From: an uncultured delta proteobacterium
GTDB taxonomy: Bacteria > Myxococcota_A > UBA9160 > UBA4427
Direction of reading: 5' to 3'
DNA length: 64,000 nt
Assembly (NCBI GenBank): GCA_963822965.1
Contig: CAWGJT010000013.1
Span: 128,001 to 192,000, forward strand
In this document: positions 39,796 to 48,975 of the stretch, piece by piece
How positions within the stretch are numbered: the stretch's first letter is position 1
How the letters are laid out: each line of letters opens with the position of its first letter
Notes under the pieces: model-generated
Told to the model about the DNA's origin: nothing
Database searches by the model: none
The model's input: the letters and a program-made list of their open reading frames with translations, nothing else
Made by a program: the position numbers and the translations under genes

Positions 39796-40518
39796 GTGCG
39801 CGAGGAGCCTTCCTTGACTCGAATCGACCGCCTCAGTCTTTCCCTGCCTCTCGTCCTGCTGCTCGCGGCGACGATGGTGCCCGCGGCACTCGCCCAGGAC
39901 GACGAAGTGGCGAGCCCGCCGGCGACGCGCGCCGAGGCGCCCGCCCCGAACGCAGCCGCCGACAAGAACGCCCCCTTGGCCACCCCCTCGGTGGAGAAGC
40001 TGCACGCGGCACTGCTCGAGATCATGCGTCGGGCCGACAAGCTCGGCTACAACGGCCGGTTCGACTACCTGAACCCCGTCGTGCAGGAGACCTTCGACCT
40101 GCCCTTCATGGCGTCCAAGTCCGTGGGACGGCACTGGAAGGAGCTGCCCGAAGCGGACCAGAAGCGCTGGCTCGAGCTGTTCGCGCAGCACATCACGGCC
40201 AACTACGCGGGACAGTTCACGGGCTACTCGGGAGAGTCCTTCGAGACCCTCGGCGAGGAGCCTGCCATCCGGGACACCCGGGTCGTGCGCACGCGCCTCG
40301 TCCGTCCCGGCGACGAGGACGTCCAGCTCAACTACCGGCTGCGCGACGTCGACGGCAAGTGGCGCATCATCGACATCTATCTGAACGGAACCGTCAGCGA
40401 GCTCGCCCTGCGACGCTCCGAGTACTCGTCGGTTCTCAAGCGCGAGGGCTTCGAGAGCCTGATCTCGACCATCTCCAAGAAGGTCCAGGAGCTCGAGAAC
40501 AGCGCCACCAAGAGCTGA
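39796..40518 (+). CDS. hpnM: HpnM/MlaC-family periplasmic lipid-binding protein
   Basis: Signal peptide; FDLPFMA, WRIIDIYLNGTVSELALRRSEY. Confidence 0.8.
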   Translation: MREEPSLTRIDRLSLSLPLVLLLAATMVPAALAQDDEVASPPATRAEAPAPNAAADKNAPLATPSVEKLHAALLEIMRRADKLGYNGRFDYLNPVVQETFDLPFMASKSVGRHWKELPEADQKRWLELFAQHITANYAGQFTGYSGESFETLGEEPAIRDTRVVRTRLVRPGDEDVQLNYRLRDVDGKWRIIDIYLNGTVSELALRRSEYSSVLKREGFESLISTISKKVQELENSATKS

Positions 40519-40535
40519 GCCTGGCAGCGGGCCGC

Positions 40536-41474
40536 TCAGTCCCCCGCCCAGTCGTCCCGCCGATCCTCGCGACGCGACCAGATAGCCGCCATGCGGTTCT
40601 GGTAGTAGGCGTTGCGCAGGGCCGCGTAGTAGTCCACCGAGCCCTCGCGCAGGGCGTCCAGGTTCTCGATGTTCTCCTCCCGGATGGACAGCCCCTGGCC
40701 GCCCCCGTAGATCCCGTACATCAGGAAGTTCGTCGGTCCCAGGAACCAGGTGAGCGGGTGCATGGTGACGTCCGCCAGCACACCGAAGCCGTCCCGGACA
40801 TTGTTCGGACCGGCCAGCGGGAGCATCAGGTACACGCCGCTCGGCGTCCCGGCGAGGGCCAGGGTCTGGCCGAAGTCCGAGCGGTGGTAGGGCAGCCCGA
40901 TATGTGCGGCGGGATCGAAGAGCCCGCCCAGGCCCACCGTCGAGTTGACCACCAGGCGCGAGAGCGACACGCCGGCGTCCTTCCACTCGAGCTGGAGGAT
41001 GTCGTTCACCGTCGTCGCCGGCTCGCCCAGGTTCGAGAAGAAGTTCCGGATCGACTGCTTCACCGGGTTCGGGAAGATGTACCCGTACGCCCGGGTGACG
41101 GGGTCGAGGAGCCATTTGTCCATGAAGCTGTTGAAGCGCTGGACCCCCCGGTTGGTCTCTTCGAGGGGATCGGGGAAGCCCGCGGGGTGGGCGGCAAACT
41201 CGTCGTCGAACCCGTCCGACTCGTCGTCGTCGAACAGAGGGTCGGGCTCCTCGGCTTGGGTCGCCGGGTCGGCCGAATCACCGGTCGCCGGGTCGGCCGA
41301 ATCACCGGTCGCCGGGTCGGCCGAAGGCGCGGTCGCCGGGTCGGCCGAGGGGGCGACTTCCTGGGGCGGCGCGGCCTCGGCGGCGGGGACCGCCCCGGCC
41401 GGGAGGCCCGTCAGGACGAGCCCGAGCAGCAGTGCCAGGAACCGGCAGGACATGCGACGGGCATCGGCAGGCAT
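40536..41474 (-). CDS. mlaA: MlaA/VacJ-family protein
   Basis: DPLEETNR..FN, NFFSNLGEP, NSTVGLGGLFD, DFGQTL, GPNNVRD; alternative start 41453. Confidence 0.92.
   Translation of the reverse strand: MPADARRMSCRFLALLLGLVLTGLPAGAVPAAEAAPPQEVAPSADPATAPSADPATGDSADPATGDSADPATQAEEPDPLFDDDESDGFDDEFAAHPAGFPDPLEETNRGVQRFNSFMDKWLLDPVTRAYGYIFPNPVKQSIRNFFSNLGEPATTVNDILQLEWKDAGVSLSRLVVNSTVGLGGLFDPAAHIGLPYHRSDFGQTLALAGTPSGVYLMLPLAGPNNVRDGFGVLADVTMHPLTWFLGPTNFLMYGIYGGGQGLSIREENIENLDALREGSVDYYAALRNAYYQNRMAAIWSRREDRRDDWAGD
41260..41348. repeat. 24-bp coding tandem repeat (SADPATxx x4) in the MlaA N-terminal linker
   Basis: gtcgccgggtcggccga at 41260, 41284, 41308, 41332. Confidence 0.9.
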
Positions 41475-41486
41475 CGCGCGGGAGGT

Positions 41487-41649
41487 TAGAGCCCATCTCA
41501 CGAACCCGCTCGGTCGCCAGGCGGCGTCTTCGCCCCGATCTCATCGTTACGAAACCTCGCCGTAGCGACACTACGCCTTCGCCTTCGCGTCTCGATCTCG
41601 GACCGAACTCGCTCGCCTGGCTCGGTCGGGGTTCGTGAGATGGGCTCTA
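41487..41649. mobile_element. MITE-like element B (159 bp plus flanking TA)
   Basis: Perfect 21-bp inverted repeat tagagcccatctcacgaaccc (41487-41507) / gggttcgtgagatgggctcta (41629-41649). Confidence 0.8.
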
Positions 41650-41958
41650 GAGCACCCGAACTTCAGGAACCGGCAGCGGACGCCGATGACGGCCGAAAGG
41701 TCTCGGGGATCCGAGCCGGAGGAGCCGGAGCGGGAGCCGGGTGGGAGGATTTCCCTGGGGGAAAGAAGGCGAGCGCCGAACGCGGGGGGCTGCGGTACCC
41801 TGCCGTCCCCTCGATGCCGTGCGCGAGTCCCATCCCCCGGTACGTCGCTGCTGGACCGCCCACCCAAACCCCATCCGTGCATCCGAGAAGACTGGTCATC
41901 CGGAGACGCTCGGGACGGGTGTAAGATTTTCGGGTCGAGCTGTCAGGAGGAGTGAATC

Positions 41959-43140
41959 TTGGACGTCCTTCAGAAGTGCGCCGACTACTCGCTTGCCAGG
42001 GAGCTGCGGAGCGAGTCCCTCTACCCCTACTTCCGGCGGATCTCTTCGCCCCAGGACCCGGTCGTCACCATCGACGGCGAGAAGGTCATCATGCTGGGGT
42101 CGAACAACTACCTGGGCCTGACGAGTCACCCCGAGGTGAAGCAGGCGGCCGCCGATGCGGTCCTGAAGTACGGCACCGGGTGCGCGGGCTCGCGCCTGCT
42201 CAACGGCACCCTCGACATCCACGTGGAGCTCGACGAGCGCCTGGCCTCCTTCATGAAGGCCGAGGCTGCCATCACGTTCTCCACGGGCTACCAGGTGAAC
42301 CTCGGCGTGCTCTCGTGCCTGCTGGGCCGGCACGACGTGGCCCTGCTCGATCGCCTGGACCACGCCTCGATCATCGACGGGGTGCGCCTCGGCTTCGGCC
42401 GCTCGCTCAAGTTCCGCCACAACGACATGGCGGACCTGGACGCGAAGCTCGGCCGGGTCAGCGCCAACAAGGGGAAGCTCATCGTCGTGGACGGCGTCTT
42501 CTCGATGGAGGGGGATCTCGCCAACCTGCCCGAGATCGTCGCGCTGAAGAAGAAGCACGACGCCCGCCTGATCGTGGACGACGCCCACGGCCTCGGCGTC
42601 TTCGGCGAGAACGGACGCGGCACCGCCGAGCACTTCGGGCTGGAGCACGAGACGGACCTCGTGATGGGCACGTTCTCCAAGTCCCTGGCCACGGTGGGCG
42701 GCTTCATCGCCGGCGAGGCCTACGTGGTGGACTACATCCGCCACCACGCCCGCTCGCAGATCTTCTCGGCGGCCCTGCCCCCGGGCTCGGCGGCGGCCGT
42801 CCTGAAGGCACTCGAGATCGTCGAGCGCGAGCCCGACCGCCGCAAGCAGCTGTGGGAGAACACCGACTTCATGAAGCGGGAGCTGCAGAACCTGGGCTTC
42901 GACACCGGCCACAGCCAGTCACCGGTGATCCCGCTCGTCGTCGGCGAGGACCTGACGACCTTCATGATGGCGAAGCGCCTGGGAGAGGAGGGTGTCTTCG
43001 CGAACCCGATCGTGGCGCCGGCGGTCCCGGACGGCCAGGCCCTGATCCGGACCTCCTACATGGCGACCCACAAGCGGGAGCACCTGGAGCGCGCGCTCAC
43101 CGCCCTCGCCAAGGTGGGCCGCGAGCTGGGCGTCATCTAG
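41959..43140 (+). CDS. Alpha-oxoamine synthase, probable serine palmitoyltransferase
   Basis: GSNNYLGL, GSRLLNGT, DHASI, DDAHG, GTFSKS (SPT-type PLP Lys motif), RSQIFSAALPP; AGGAGG RBS, TTG start. Confidence 0.75.
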   Translation: MDVLQKCADYSLARELRSESLYPYFRRISSPQDPVVTIDGEKVIMLGSNNYLGLTSHPEVKQAAADAVLKYGTGCAGSRLLNGTLDIHVELDERLASFMKAEAAITFSTGYQVNLGVLSCLLGRHDVALLDRLDHASIIDGVRLGFGRSLKFRHNDMADLDAKLGRVSANKGKLIVVDGVFSMEGDLANLPEIVALKKKHDARLIVDDAHGLGVFGENGRGTAEHFGLEHETDLVMGTFSKSLATVGGFIAGEAYVVDYIRHHARSQIFSAALPPGSAAAVLKALEIVEREPDRRKQLWENTDFMKRELQNLGFDTGHSQSPVIPLVVGEDLTTFMMAKRLGEEGVFANPIVAPAVPDGQALIRTSYMATHKREHLERALTALAKVGRELGVI

Positions 43141-43306
43141 CCCCAATCCGTCATCCAGCGCGCTTCCCGCGTGCCGCAGGCCCGGCCAGGCGTTGCGGAT
43201 GGCGAGCATTGCCGACCTCGCCGATGCTCGCTGTGCAGTAGCGCGGCCAAGCCCGTCCGTTGCGCGGCGAGCCCGGATCGACGAGCTCGGCCGCTATCAT
43301 CGCGCG

Positions 43307-44440
43307 ATGAGCCGCATCTCCCGCCGCCGCTTCCTGCAGGCGTCCCTCGGCGGCGCGCTCTGGGTGAGCGGCTGCGGCTGGGTGCCTCCCCTGGCGGCGG
43401 TGTCCGAGGAGGCGTTCGACCTCCACCGGCGGAGCCTCGTCGTCGACCTGCACATCGACACCCTGCTGTGGCGCCGACTGTTCGGCTACGACCCCTTCCA
43501 GCGCCACGAGAACCGCATTCCCGGCCGCCCCTTCGGCTACCACTTCGATCTGCCCCGGGCCGCACAGGGCGGGCTCGACGCCGCGGTCATGGGCCTCGTC
43601 ATCGACCCCGCCGAGGTACGGGACGAGCTCACGTGGCCTCTACGCACCCTCGCCTGGTGGGAGCCGGACCACGGGATCTCCCAGACCCTCGCGACCCTGG
43701 ATCTGCTGGCCGAGATGGACGAGGCCGAGCCGGAGCGCGTGTTCTTCGCCCGGCGCGGAAGCGACATCGCCCCGGAGGTCGAGCGGGGACGCTTCGTCGC
43801 CTTCGCCGGGCTCGAGGGCGCGCAGGGGCTCGAGGGCGACCTCTCGAACCTGCCGCCCCTCTACGAGCGGGGCCTGCGCATGGTCGGTCTGGTGCACTTC
43901 CAAGCGACGGCCGCCGGCTACCCGATGACGGTTTCGGCCTTCTACGGCAAGGGGCTCACCGACTTCGGGCGCGAGCTCATCGGCGAGCTGGAGCGACTCG
44001 GCGTCGTGGTCGACCTCGCCCATCTGAACGCCGCCGGGGTGTGGGACGCCCTGTTCGCCATGCGGCGGCCCTGCGTGGTGAGCCACACCGCCTGCCGGGC
44101 GCTGCACGATCACCCGCGGAACCTGACCGACCGGCAGCTCGAGCTGATCGGACAGGGCGGAGGCGTCGTCGGAATCGCGGCGGGTCGCGACTTCCTCGGC
44201 GGGGGCGGGATCGAGGCCTTCCTCGATCACGTCGAGCACGCCCTCGAAGTGGCGGGACCCCACGCGGTGGCGCTGGGCTCGGACTACGACGGCTTCATCG
44301 TGCCCGTCGAGGGCATGGGCGACGTGCGCTGCTATCCCCTCGTCACCCAGGGGCTGCTCGATCGCGGGCAGGATCCCGAGGTGATCTCGCAGCTCCTCGG
44401 CACCAACGCGGTACGTGTGCTGACCGACGTCTGCGGCTGA
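43307..44440 (+). CDS. Membrane dipeptidase (M19), Tat lipoprotein
   Basis: SRRRFLQ Tat motif, VSGC lipobox; DLHID, LEG, DLAH, SHT, GSDYDG. Confidence 0.9.
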   Translation: MSRISRRRFLQASLGGALWVSGCGWVPPLAAVSEEAFDLHRRSLVVDLHIDTLLWRRLFGYDPFQRHENRIPGRPFGYHFDLPRAAQGGLDAAVMGLVIDPAEVRDELTWPLRTLAWWEPDHGISQTLATLDLLAEMDEAEPERVFFARRGSDIAPEVERGRFVAFAGLEGAQGLEGDLSNLPPLYERGLRMVGLVHFQATAAGYPMTVSAFYGKGLTDFGRELIGELERLGVVVDLAHLNAAGVWDALFAMRRPCVVSHTACRALHDHPRNLTDRQLELIGQGGGVVGIAAGRDFLGGGGIEAFLDHVEHALEVAGPHAVALGSDYDGFIVPVEGMGDVRCYPLVTQGLLDRGQDPEVISQLLGTNAVRVLTDVCG

Positions 44441-44442
44441 GC

Positions 44443-44510
44443 TTCAGTCGCGCAGCCGAGCCCGATTCAGTCGCGCAGCCGTGCCCGATTCAGTCGCGCA
44501 GCCGCGCCCG
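44443..44510. repeat. 23-bp tandem repeat x3 duplicating a stop-codon end
   Basis: ttcagtcgcgcagccgNgcccg at 44443, 44466, 44489. Confidence 0.92.
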
Positions 44511-45374
44511 GCCCACGTAGTCGTCGACGAACTGCCTGGCGGCCCGCCCCGAACGGGTGGCCCGAACCACCGTCCAACGCAGGGCCTCCTCGCGCACGGC
44601 GTCGCTCCACGCGAAGCCCGCCTGCTTCAGGTAGTGCTCGACGATCGTGAGATAGGTCGGCTGGTCGAAGTTGTAGAAGCCGATGGTGAGCCCGAAGCGG
44701 TCCGACAGGGCCAGACGCTCCTCGAGCGCCTCGCCGAGGTGGAGCTCGCCGTCCTCATCGAGCCGCGCCGCACGATTGTCGGCCATGGATTCGGGAACCA
44801 GGTGACGGCGATTGCTCGTCGCCACGATGCGGACGTTCTCGGGCGGCGCCTCGAGGCTTCCTTCCAGGGCCGCCTTCAGCTCGCGGTAGCCCGCCTCGCC
44901 GCTCGCGAAGGACAGGTCGTCACAGAAGACGAGGAAGCGATGGCGACCGCCGTCGGCCCGCAGGGCTTCCAGCACCCGGGGAAGGTGGACGAGGTCCTCT
45001 CGCTGCACCTCGACGAGGCGCAGGCCGCGATCCGCGAAGCGCTCGAGCACCCCCTTGACCGCGGACGACTTGCCGGTGCCCCGCTCGCCGTAGAGCAGCA
45101 CGTTGTTGGCCGGGAGCCCGCGGACGAATTGCTCCACGTTCGCGACCAGCCGCGCGACGGCCCGATCGACGCCGATCAGGTCGTCCAGCGAGAAGCGCGC
45201 GGGCGACTCGATGGGCAGGAGCCGACCCGGTCCGCGCGCGGTCTCCCAGCGAAACGCCCGATGCCGCTCGAAGGTCGCCGCGTCGGGGCCACGACCCGTC
45301 GCCTCGTGCAGCAGCTCTTCGGTCAGCTCGAGCACCCGTCCCAGACGCGCGAGAGCAGTTCGGATTCCGGCCAT
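44490..45374 (-). CDS. DUF815-family AAA+ ATPase
   Basis: NNVLLYGERGTGKSS, FCDDLSF, ATSNRRHL, LSDRFGL, RSGRAA. Confidence 0.92.
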   Translation of the reverse strand: MAGIRTALARLGRVLELTEELLHEATGRGPDAATFERHRAFRWETARGPGRLLPIESPARFSLDDLIGVDRAVARLVANVEQFVRGLPANNVLLYGERGTGKSSAVKGVLERFADRGLRLVEVQREDLVHLPRVLEALRADGGRHRFLVFCDDLSFASGEAGYRELKAALEGSLEAPPENVRIVATSNRRHLVPESMADNRAARLDEDGELHLGEALEERLALSDRFGLTIGFYNFDQPTYLTIVEHYLKQAGFAWSDAVREEALRWTVVRATRSGRAARQFVDDYVGRARLRD

Positions 45375-45429
45375 GGCGCCCGATTGTAGGCCCGCGATCG
45401 CGGCGCGCGGGACCGGTTAGAATCGCCCG

Positions 45430-45633
45430 ATGGAGATCGATCCGGGGCTTTGCGGGCGTTGTCGCTTCGCCCAGGTGCAACGAAGCGCCCGGGGCGCCGG
45501 GTTCCTGCGCTGCAGGCGCGCCGACCGGGACCCGACCTTCCTCCGGTATCCGCCGCTGCCCGTGCTCGCTTGCCCCGGCTTTCGGGAGGACCCGCCCCCG
45601 CGGGATGGCCGGCTCGCCGAGCGGCTGGGCTGA
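45430..45633 (+). CDS. Small 4-Cys protein (putative metal-binding)
   Basis: GLCGRC..FLRC..YPPLPVLACPGF; TAGAAT 6 nt before ATG. Confidence 0.7.
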   Translation: MEIDPGLCGRCRFAQVQRSARGAGFLRCRRADRDPTFLRYPPLPVLACPGFREDPPPRDGRLAERLG

Positions 45634-45695
45634 CATTTGCCCGCCGGTGCAACCACCTGCCTTCAGCCCGGCCGCCGGCCGGAAGGAGGGAATCG

Positions 45696-47651
45696 ATGAT
45701 GTCGAGGCGCAGCCTGCTCAGCCTGGTCGCGATGGTCCTGCTTGCGGGCACCGGTTTCAGCATGCGGGAGTGCGCTCCGCCCCCCGGCCTGCCGCCGGCC
45801 GCCGATCCCGACCGCTGGCTCAGCCAGGAGGTGGTGGAGATGCCGGGCTACGTCGAGCCGCACACGCCCGGCTCGGGCATGCCCGAGGAGGTGGTGCTCG
45901 GCCCCGACCACCCGGTGGTGCGCCTGCTCGGCCCCGATCCGGACCTCAACAAGGTGTCGTACATCCGCACCCGGACGCGCGTTCCCAGGGGCCGACACCC
46001 GAGGGCGGTGCTCATCCTGATCCCCGGCTTCCTGGGTGGGGGCACGACCTTCGACCCGCTGGCCCGCCAGCTCGCCCTGCGCTTCCGGGGCGACCTCGAG
46101 GTGTGGGCGGTGGACCGCCGGCCCAACCAGCTCGAGGACCGGCTCGGTGCCCTGCACGCGGTGGAAGGCGCCCGCGATCCCCTGTGCGAGCGCACCCCGC
46201 CGGACCCGGGCTGTCCGATCTTCGAGGGCGCGCAGTTCTACTTCCCGGACCTCGACCTGCCGCCGCTCGGAAACTTCCCCGGCCCCGAGGACAAGGACGT
46301 CGACCTCGACGGCGAGCTCGACCCGCAGCTGCCCCTCGTCGATCGGTTCGGCGTGAGCCGGACGTCCATCAACCTGCAGCAGGACGACGTGCGCGCCTTC
46401 TTCGCCTACTGGGGCATCGACACCTATGCGCGCGACTGGAAGCTGCTGGCCGAGAAGGCCCGCCGGCTGGTCGGCGAGCACGGGCTGGTGCTGATGGGCG
46501 GACACTCCCAGGGTACGAGCTGGGCGACGGTCTTCGCGGCGTACGACTTCGATCCCGACCCCGACGTCGTGGACGCGGGCTACGACTACCTCGACGGACT
46601 CGTCCTGCTCGAAGGGGGCGGGATCGGCCCGGGCCAGCTGTCGAAGCCGTCGCTCTCGGCCTACGAGCTGTGGATCCGCGGGATCGCCGAGTTCAATGTG
46701 CCGGCCTTCCTCGAGGACTTCAGCGGCATTCCGCTGCTGGGTCTCGGCAACTCCGGCGAGGTCGCCGCCATCGCGGGCCACTTCATGCCCGACGAGCCGT
46801 CCCTCATCCAGCGCACTCCCACCTTCGGGACCGGGCTCGTCTCGCTGCTGCTCGGCGCACCGGCCACCAACGAGGCGGTGACGGGCTTCTTCCTCGACGA
46901 CGACTTCTCGCCCATCAGCGCCTTCCGCGCCTCGATCGGATTCAGCGACAACGGTCCGAACACGTTCCTGCCCGGCGGGGCGGGGCTGCTTCCCTTCTAC
47001 CTGGCCGGGCCCGCGAACGACGGCTCGGGACTGCGCACCTGGATCGACTACGACGAGGTGGACGAGACCTGTGTCGATCCCACCGTGAGCCCCGGCTGTG
47101 CGATCGTCGACAACGGACCGCCCTCGCTTCCGAGCGACCCCTTCCCGAAGACCAACGGCGTGGAGCGCGAGGTCTCGAGCCTTCAGGACTTCCTGCTCAC
47201 GCAGTTCGGCAAGGCCAACGGCTTCGAGTGGTACTTCGTCGACCGCCGGGTGAGCCTCGACTTCGAGTACGGCAACGACTCGAGCGCGCTGGTGGCGGAG
47301 TCCGTGGCGCGGGACGGAACGGAGGGTCCGCTGGTCATCACCCAGAATGCGAACGTCGACGTGCCGGTGCTGGCCATCGGCGGCTCGAACGGTCTCGCCC
47401 CGGAGCCTCGGAGCTTCGAGCGCTACCTTTCGTCCATCGCCACCCCCGTCGAGGACCAGCGCGTCGTCGTCCTCGAGGGCTACGCACACCTCGACGCGAC
47501 CATGGCTCGGGACAACGAGGCCGCCCAGGAGATCGAAGACTTCGTCGACGACCTGCTGGCCTCGAAAGGAGGGGGACACCGTTGGCACGCCCGCCCGCCG
47601 TCGGAGAGCTGGCACCGGATTTCACGCTGGTCTCCACCCAGGGAGAGGTGA
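45696..47651 (+). CDS. Secreted alpha/beta-hydrolase-like protein
   Basis: Signal-like N-terminus, IPGFLGG, GHSQG nucleophile, EGYAHLD; AGGAGG RBS. Confidence 0.75.
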   Translation: MMSRRSLLSLVAMVLLAGTGFSMRECAPPPGLPPAADPDRWLSQEVVEMPGYVEPHTPGSGMPEEVVLGPDHPVVRLLGPDPDLNKVSYIRTRTRVPRGRHPRAVLILIPGFLGGGTTFDPLARQLALRFRGDLEVWAVDRRPNQLEDRLGALHAVEGARDPLCERTPPDPGCPIFEGAQFYFPDLDLPPLGNFPGPEDKDVDLDGELDPQLPLVDRFGVSRTSINLQQDDVRAFFAYWGIDTYARDWKLLAEKARRLVGEHGLVLMGGHSQGTSWATVFAAYDFDPDPDVVDAGYDYLDGLVLLEGGGIGPGQLSKPSLSAYELWIRGIAEFNVPAFLEDFSGIPLLGLGNSGEVAAIAGHFMPDEPSLIQRTPTFGTGLVSLLLGAPATNEAVTGFFLDDDFSPISAFRASIGFSDNGPNTFLPGGAGLLPFYLAGPANDGSGLRTWIDYDEVDETCVDPTVSPGCAIVDNGPPSLPSDPFPKTNGVEREVSSLQDFLLTQFGKANGFEWYFVDRRVSLDFEYGNDSSALVAESVARDGTEGPLVITQNANVDVPVLAIGGSNGLAPEPRSFERYLSSIATPVEDQRVVVLEGYAHLDATMARDNEAAQEIEDFVDDLLASKGGGHRWHARPPSESWHRISRWSPPRER

Positions 47652-48040
47652 CCCTCTCCTCGCGCTGCCGCGACCGGAGCGTGTTGCTCGTCTTCTATCC
47701 CGGAGACGACACTCCGGTATGTACGAAGCAGCTCTGCGACTACCGAGACCACCTCGGCGTGTTCCAGGACCTCGGGGTGGACGTGCTCGGCATCAACCCC
47801 CAAAGCCTGGACTCCCACCGCCGCTTCGCCGAGAAGCACGGGCTCTCGTTTCCGCTGCTGTCCGACGAGGACAAGAGCGTCTGCCGGAGCTACGGCGCCC
47901 TCAACCTGCTCGGCATGGCCAAGCGGGCGCTCGTGCTGGTCGGAGCCGACCGCCGGGTTCGCTACAGCCGGGTGGACCTGCCGATCTTCCACCGCAGCGC
48001 GAGCGAGCTGGAAGAGGTGGTCGCCGCCCTGCCCGCGTGA
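47582..48040 (+). CDS. bcp: Peroxiredoxin (BCP/PrxQ)
   Basis: APDFTL, FYPGDDTPVCTKQLC, FPLLSD; TTG start with GGAGG RBS. Confidence 0.9.
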   Translation: MARPPAVGELAPDFTLVSTQGEVTLSSRCRDRSVLLVFYPGDDTPVCTKQLCDYRDHLGVFQDLGVDVLGINPQSLDSHRRFAEKHGLSFPLLSDEDKSVCRSYGALNLLGMAKRALVLVGADRRVRYSRVDLPIFHRSASELEEVVAALPA

Positions 48041-48055
48041 CCGCGCCGCAGCCCG

Positions 48056-48958
48056 TCAGGACCGCCTGCGCGGATCGCCCGCCAGGATGTAGTCGAGCGG
48101 ATCGACGGCCCCGCTGGAGCGTCGCGGCCCGTCCCACAGCTCGCCGGCCCGCGCGCCTCGCACGATCCGGTAGCGGCGGCGGTCGAAGGTCCGGTCCGTC
48201 GTCCAGGCCCACTCCACGTCGAGGGCCGTGTAGTGCGCGGAGATCGCGCGGCGGAAGCCCTGGGTGCGGTTGCGCCCCGAGCCGTGGAGCAGGACCGGGT
48301 GGAAGAAGACCGTGTCGCCCGGCTCCATCTCCAGGTGGACGCGCCGTTCCAGGGCATCGCCCACCTCGCGCACCCCGAAGTAGCCGCCGTTCACGTACTC
48401 CCAGTCCGGATTGCCGTGGGCCAGCAGCTCACCGCGATGCGAGCCGGGAATCGCCACCAGGCAGCCGTTCTCCTGGCTGACCCGCTCGAGGGCCGTCCAG
48501 CTCGCGACGATGCGATCCGCAGGACGGAACGGGAAGTAGAGCAGGTCCTGGTGCAACGGGTGGCGGCCGTCGACGTTGGGGGGCTTGTTGATGAGCATCG
48601 TGTGGACGGTCTGGACGTCGCGTCCGACGATGCGCTCCACGCAGTCGAGCACGCGCTCGTGGGTGGTGTAGGAATCCAGGACGGGGTCCTTCTCGTAGTC
48701 CTGGATCTTCGCGACCGCCTCCAGCGGCGAGCCCGGGCGGACGGCCCCCTTCGCGACCATCACGTCGCGCATCACGAGCATGCCCTCCGCGGGCTCGACC
48801 CGGCCCTCCACGATGTCCCCGAGCCGCGCCAGCCAGCGGTCGAGGTCGGCCTGGGGCACGAGACCGGGAACGACGACGAAGCCGTTCTGCCAGTAGCTGT
48901 CCAGCATCTCGTCCCCGATGGGGGTCTCTCTCGTGCCCGGCCTGGCGGTCTCGTTCAT
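48056..48958 (-). CDS. Phytanoyl-CoA dioxygenase
   Basis: HTMLINKPP, HPLHQDLLYFPFRP, NGCL..PGSH, LHGSG. Confidence 0.92.
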   Translation of the reverse strand: MNETARPGTRETPIGDEMLDSYWQNGFVVVPGLVPQADLDRWLARLGDIVEGRVEPAEGMLVMRDVMVAKGAVRPGSPLEAVAKIQDYEKDPVLDSYTTHERVLDCVERIVGRDVQTVHTMLINKPPNVDGRHPLHQDLLYFPFRPADRIVASWTALERVSQENGCLVAIPGSHRGELLAHGNPDWEYVNGGYFGVREVGDALERRVHLEMEPGDTVFFHPVLLHGSGRNRTQGFRRAISAHYTALDVEWAWTTDRTFDRRRYRIVRGARAGELWDGPRRSSGAVDPLDYILAGDPRRRS

Positions 48959-48975
48959 GCCGTCCTCTTCGCGCC

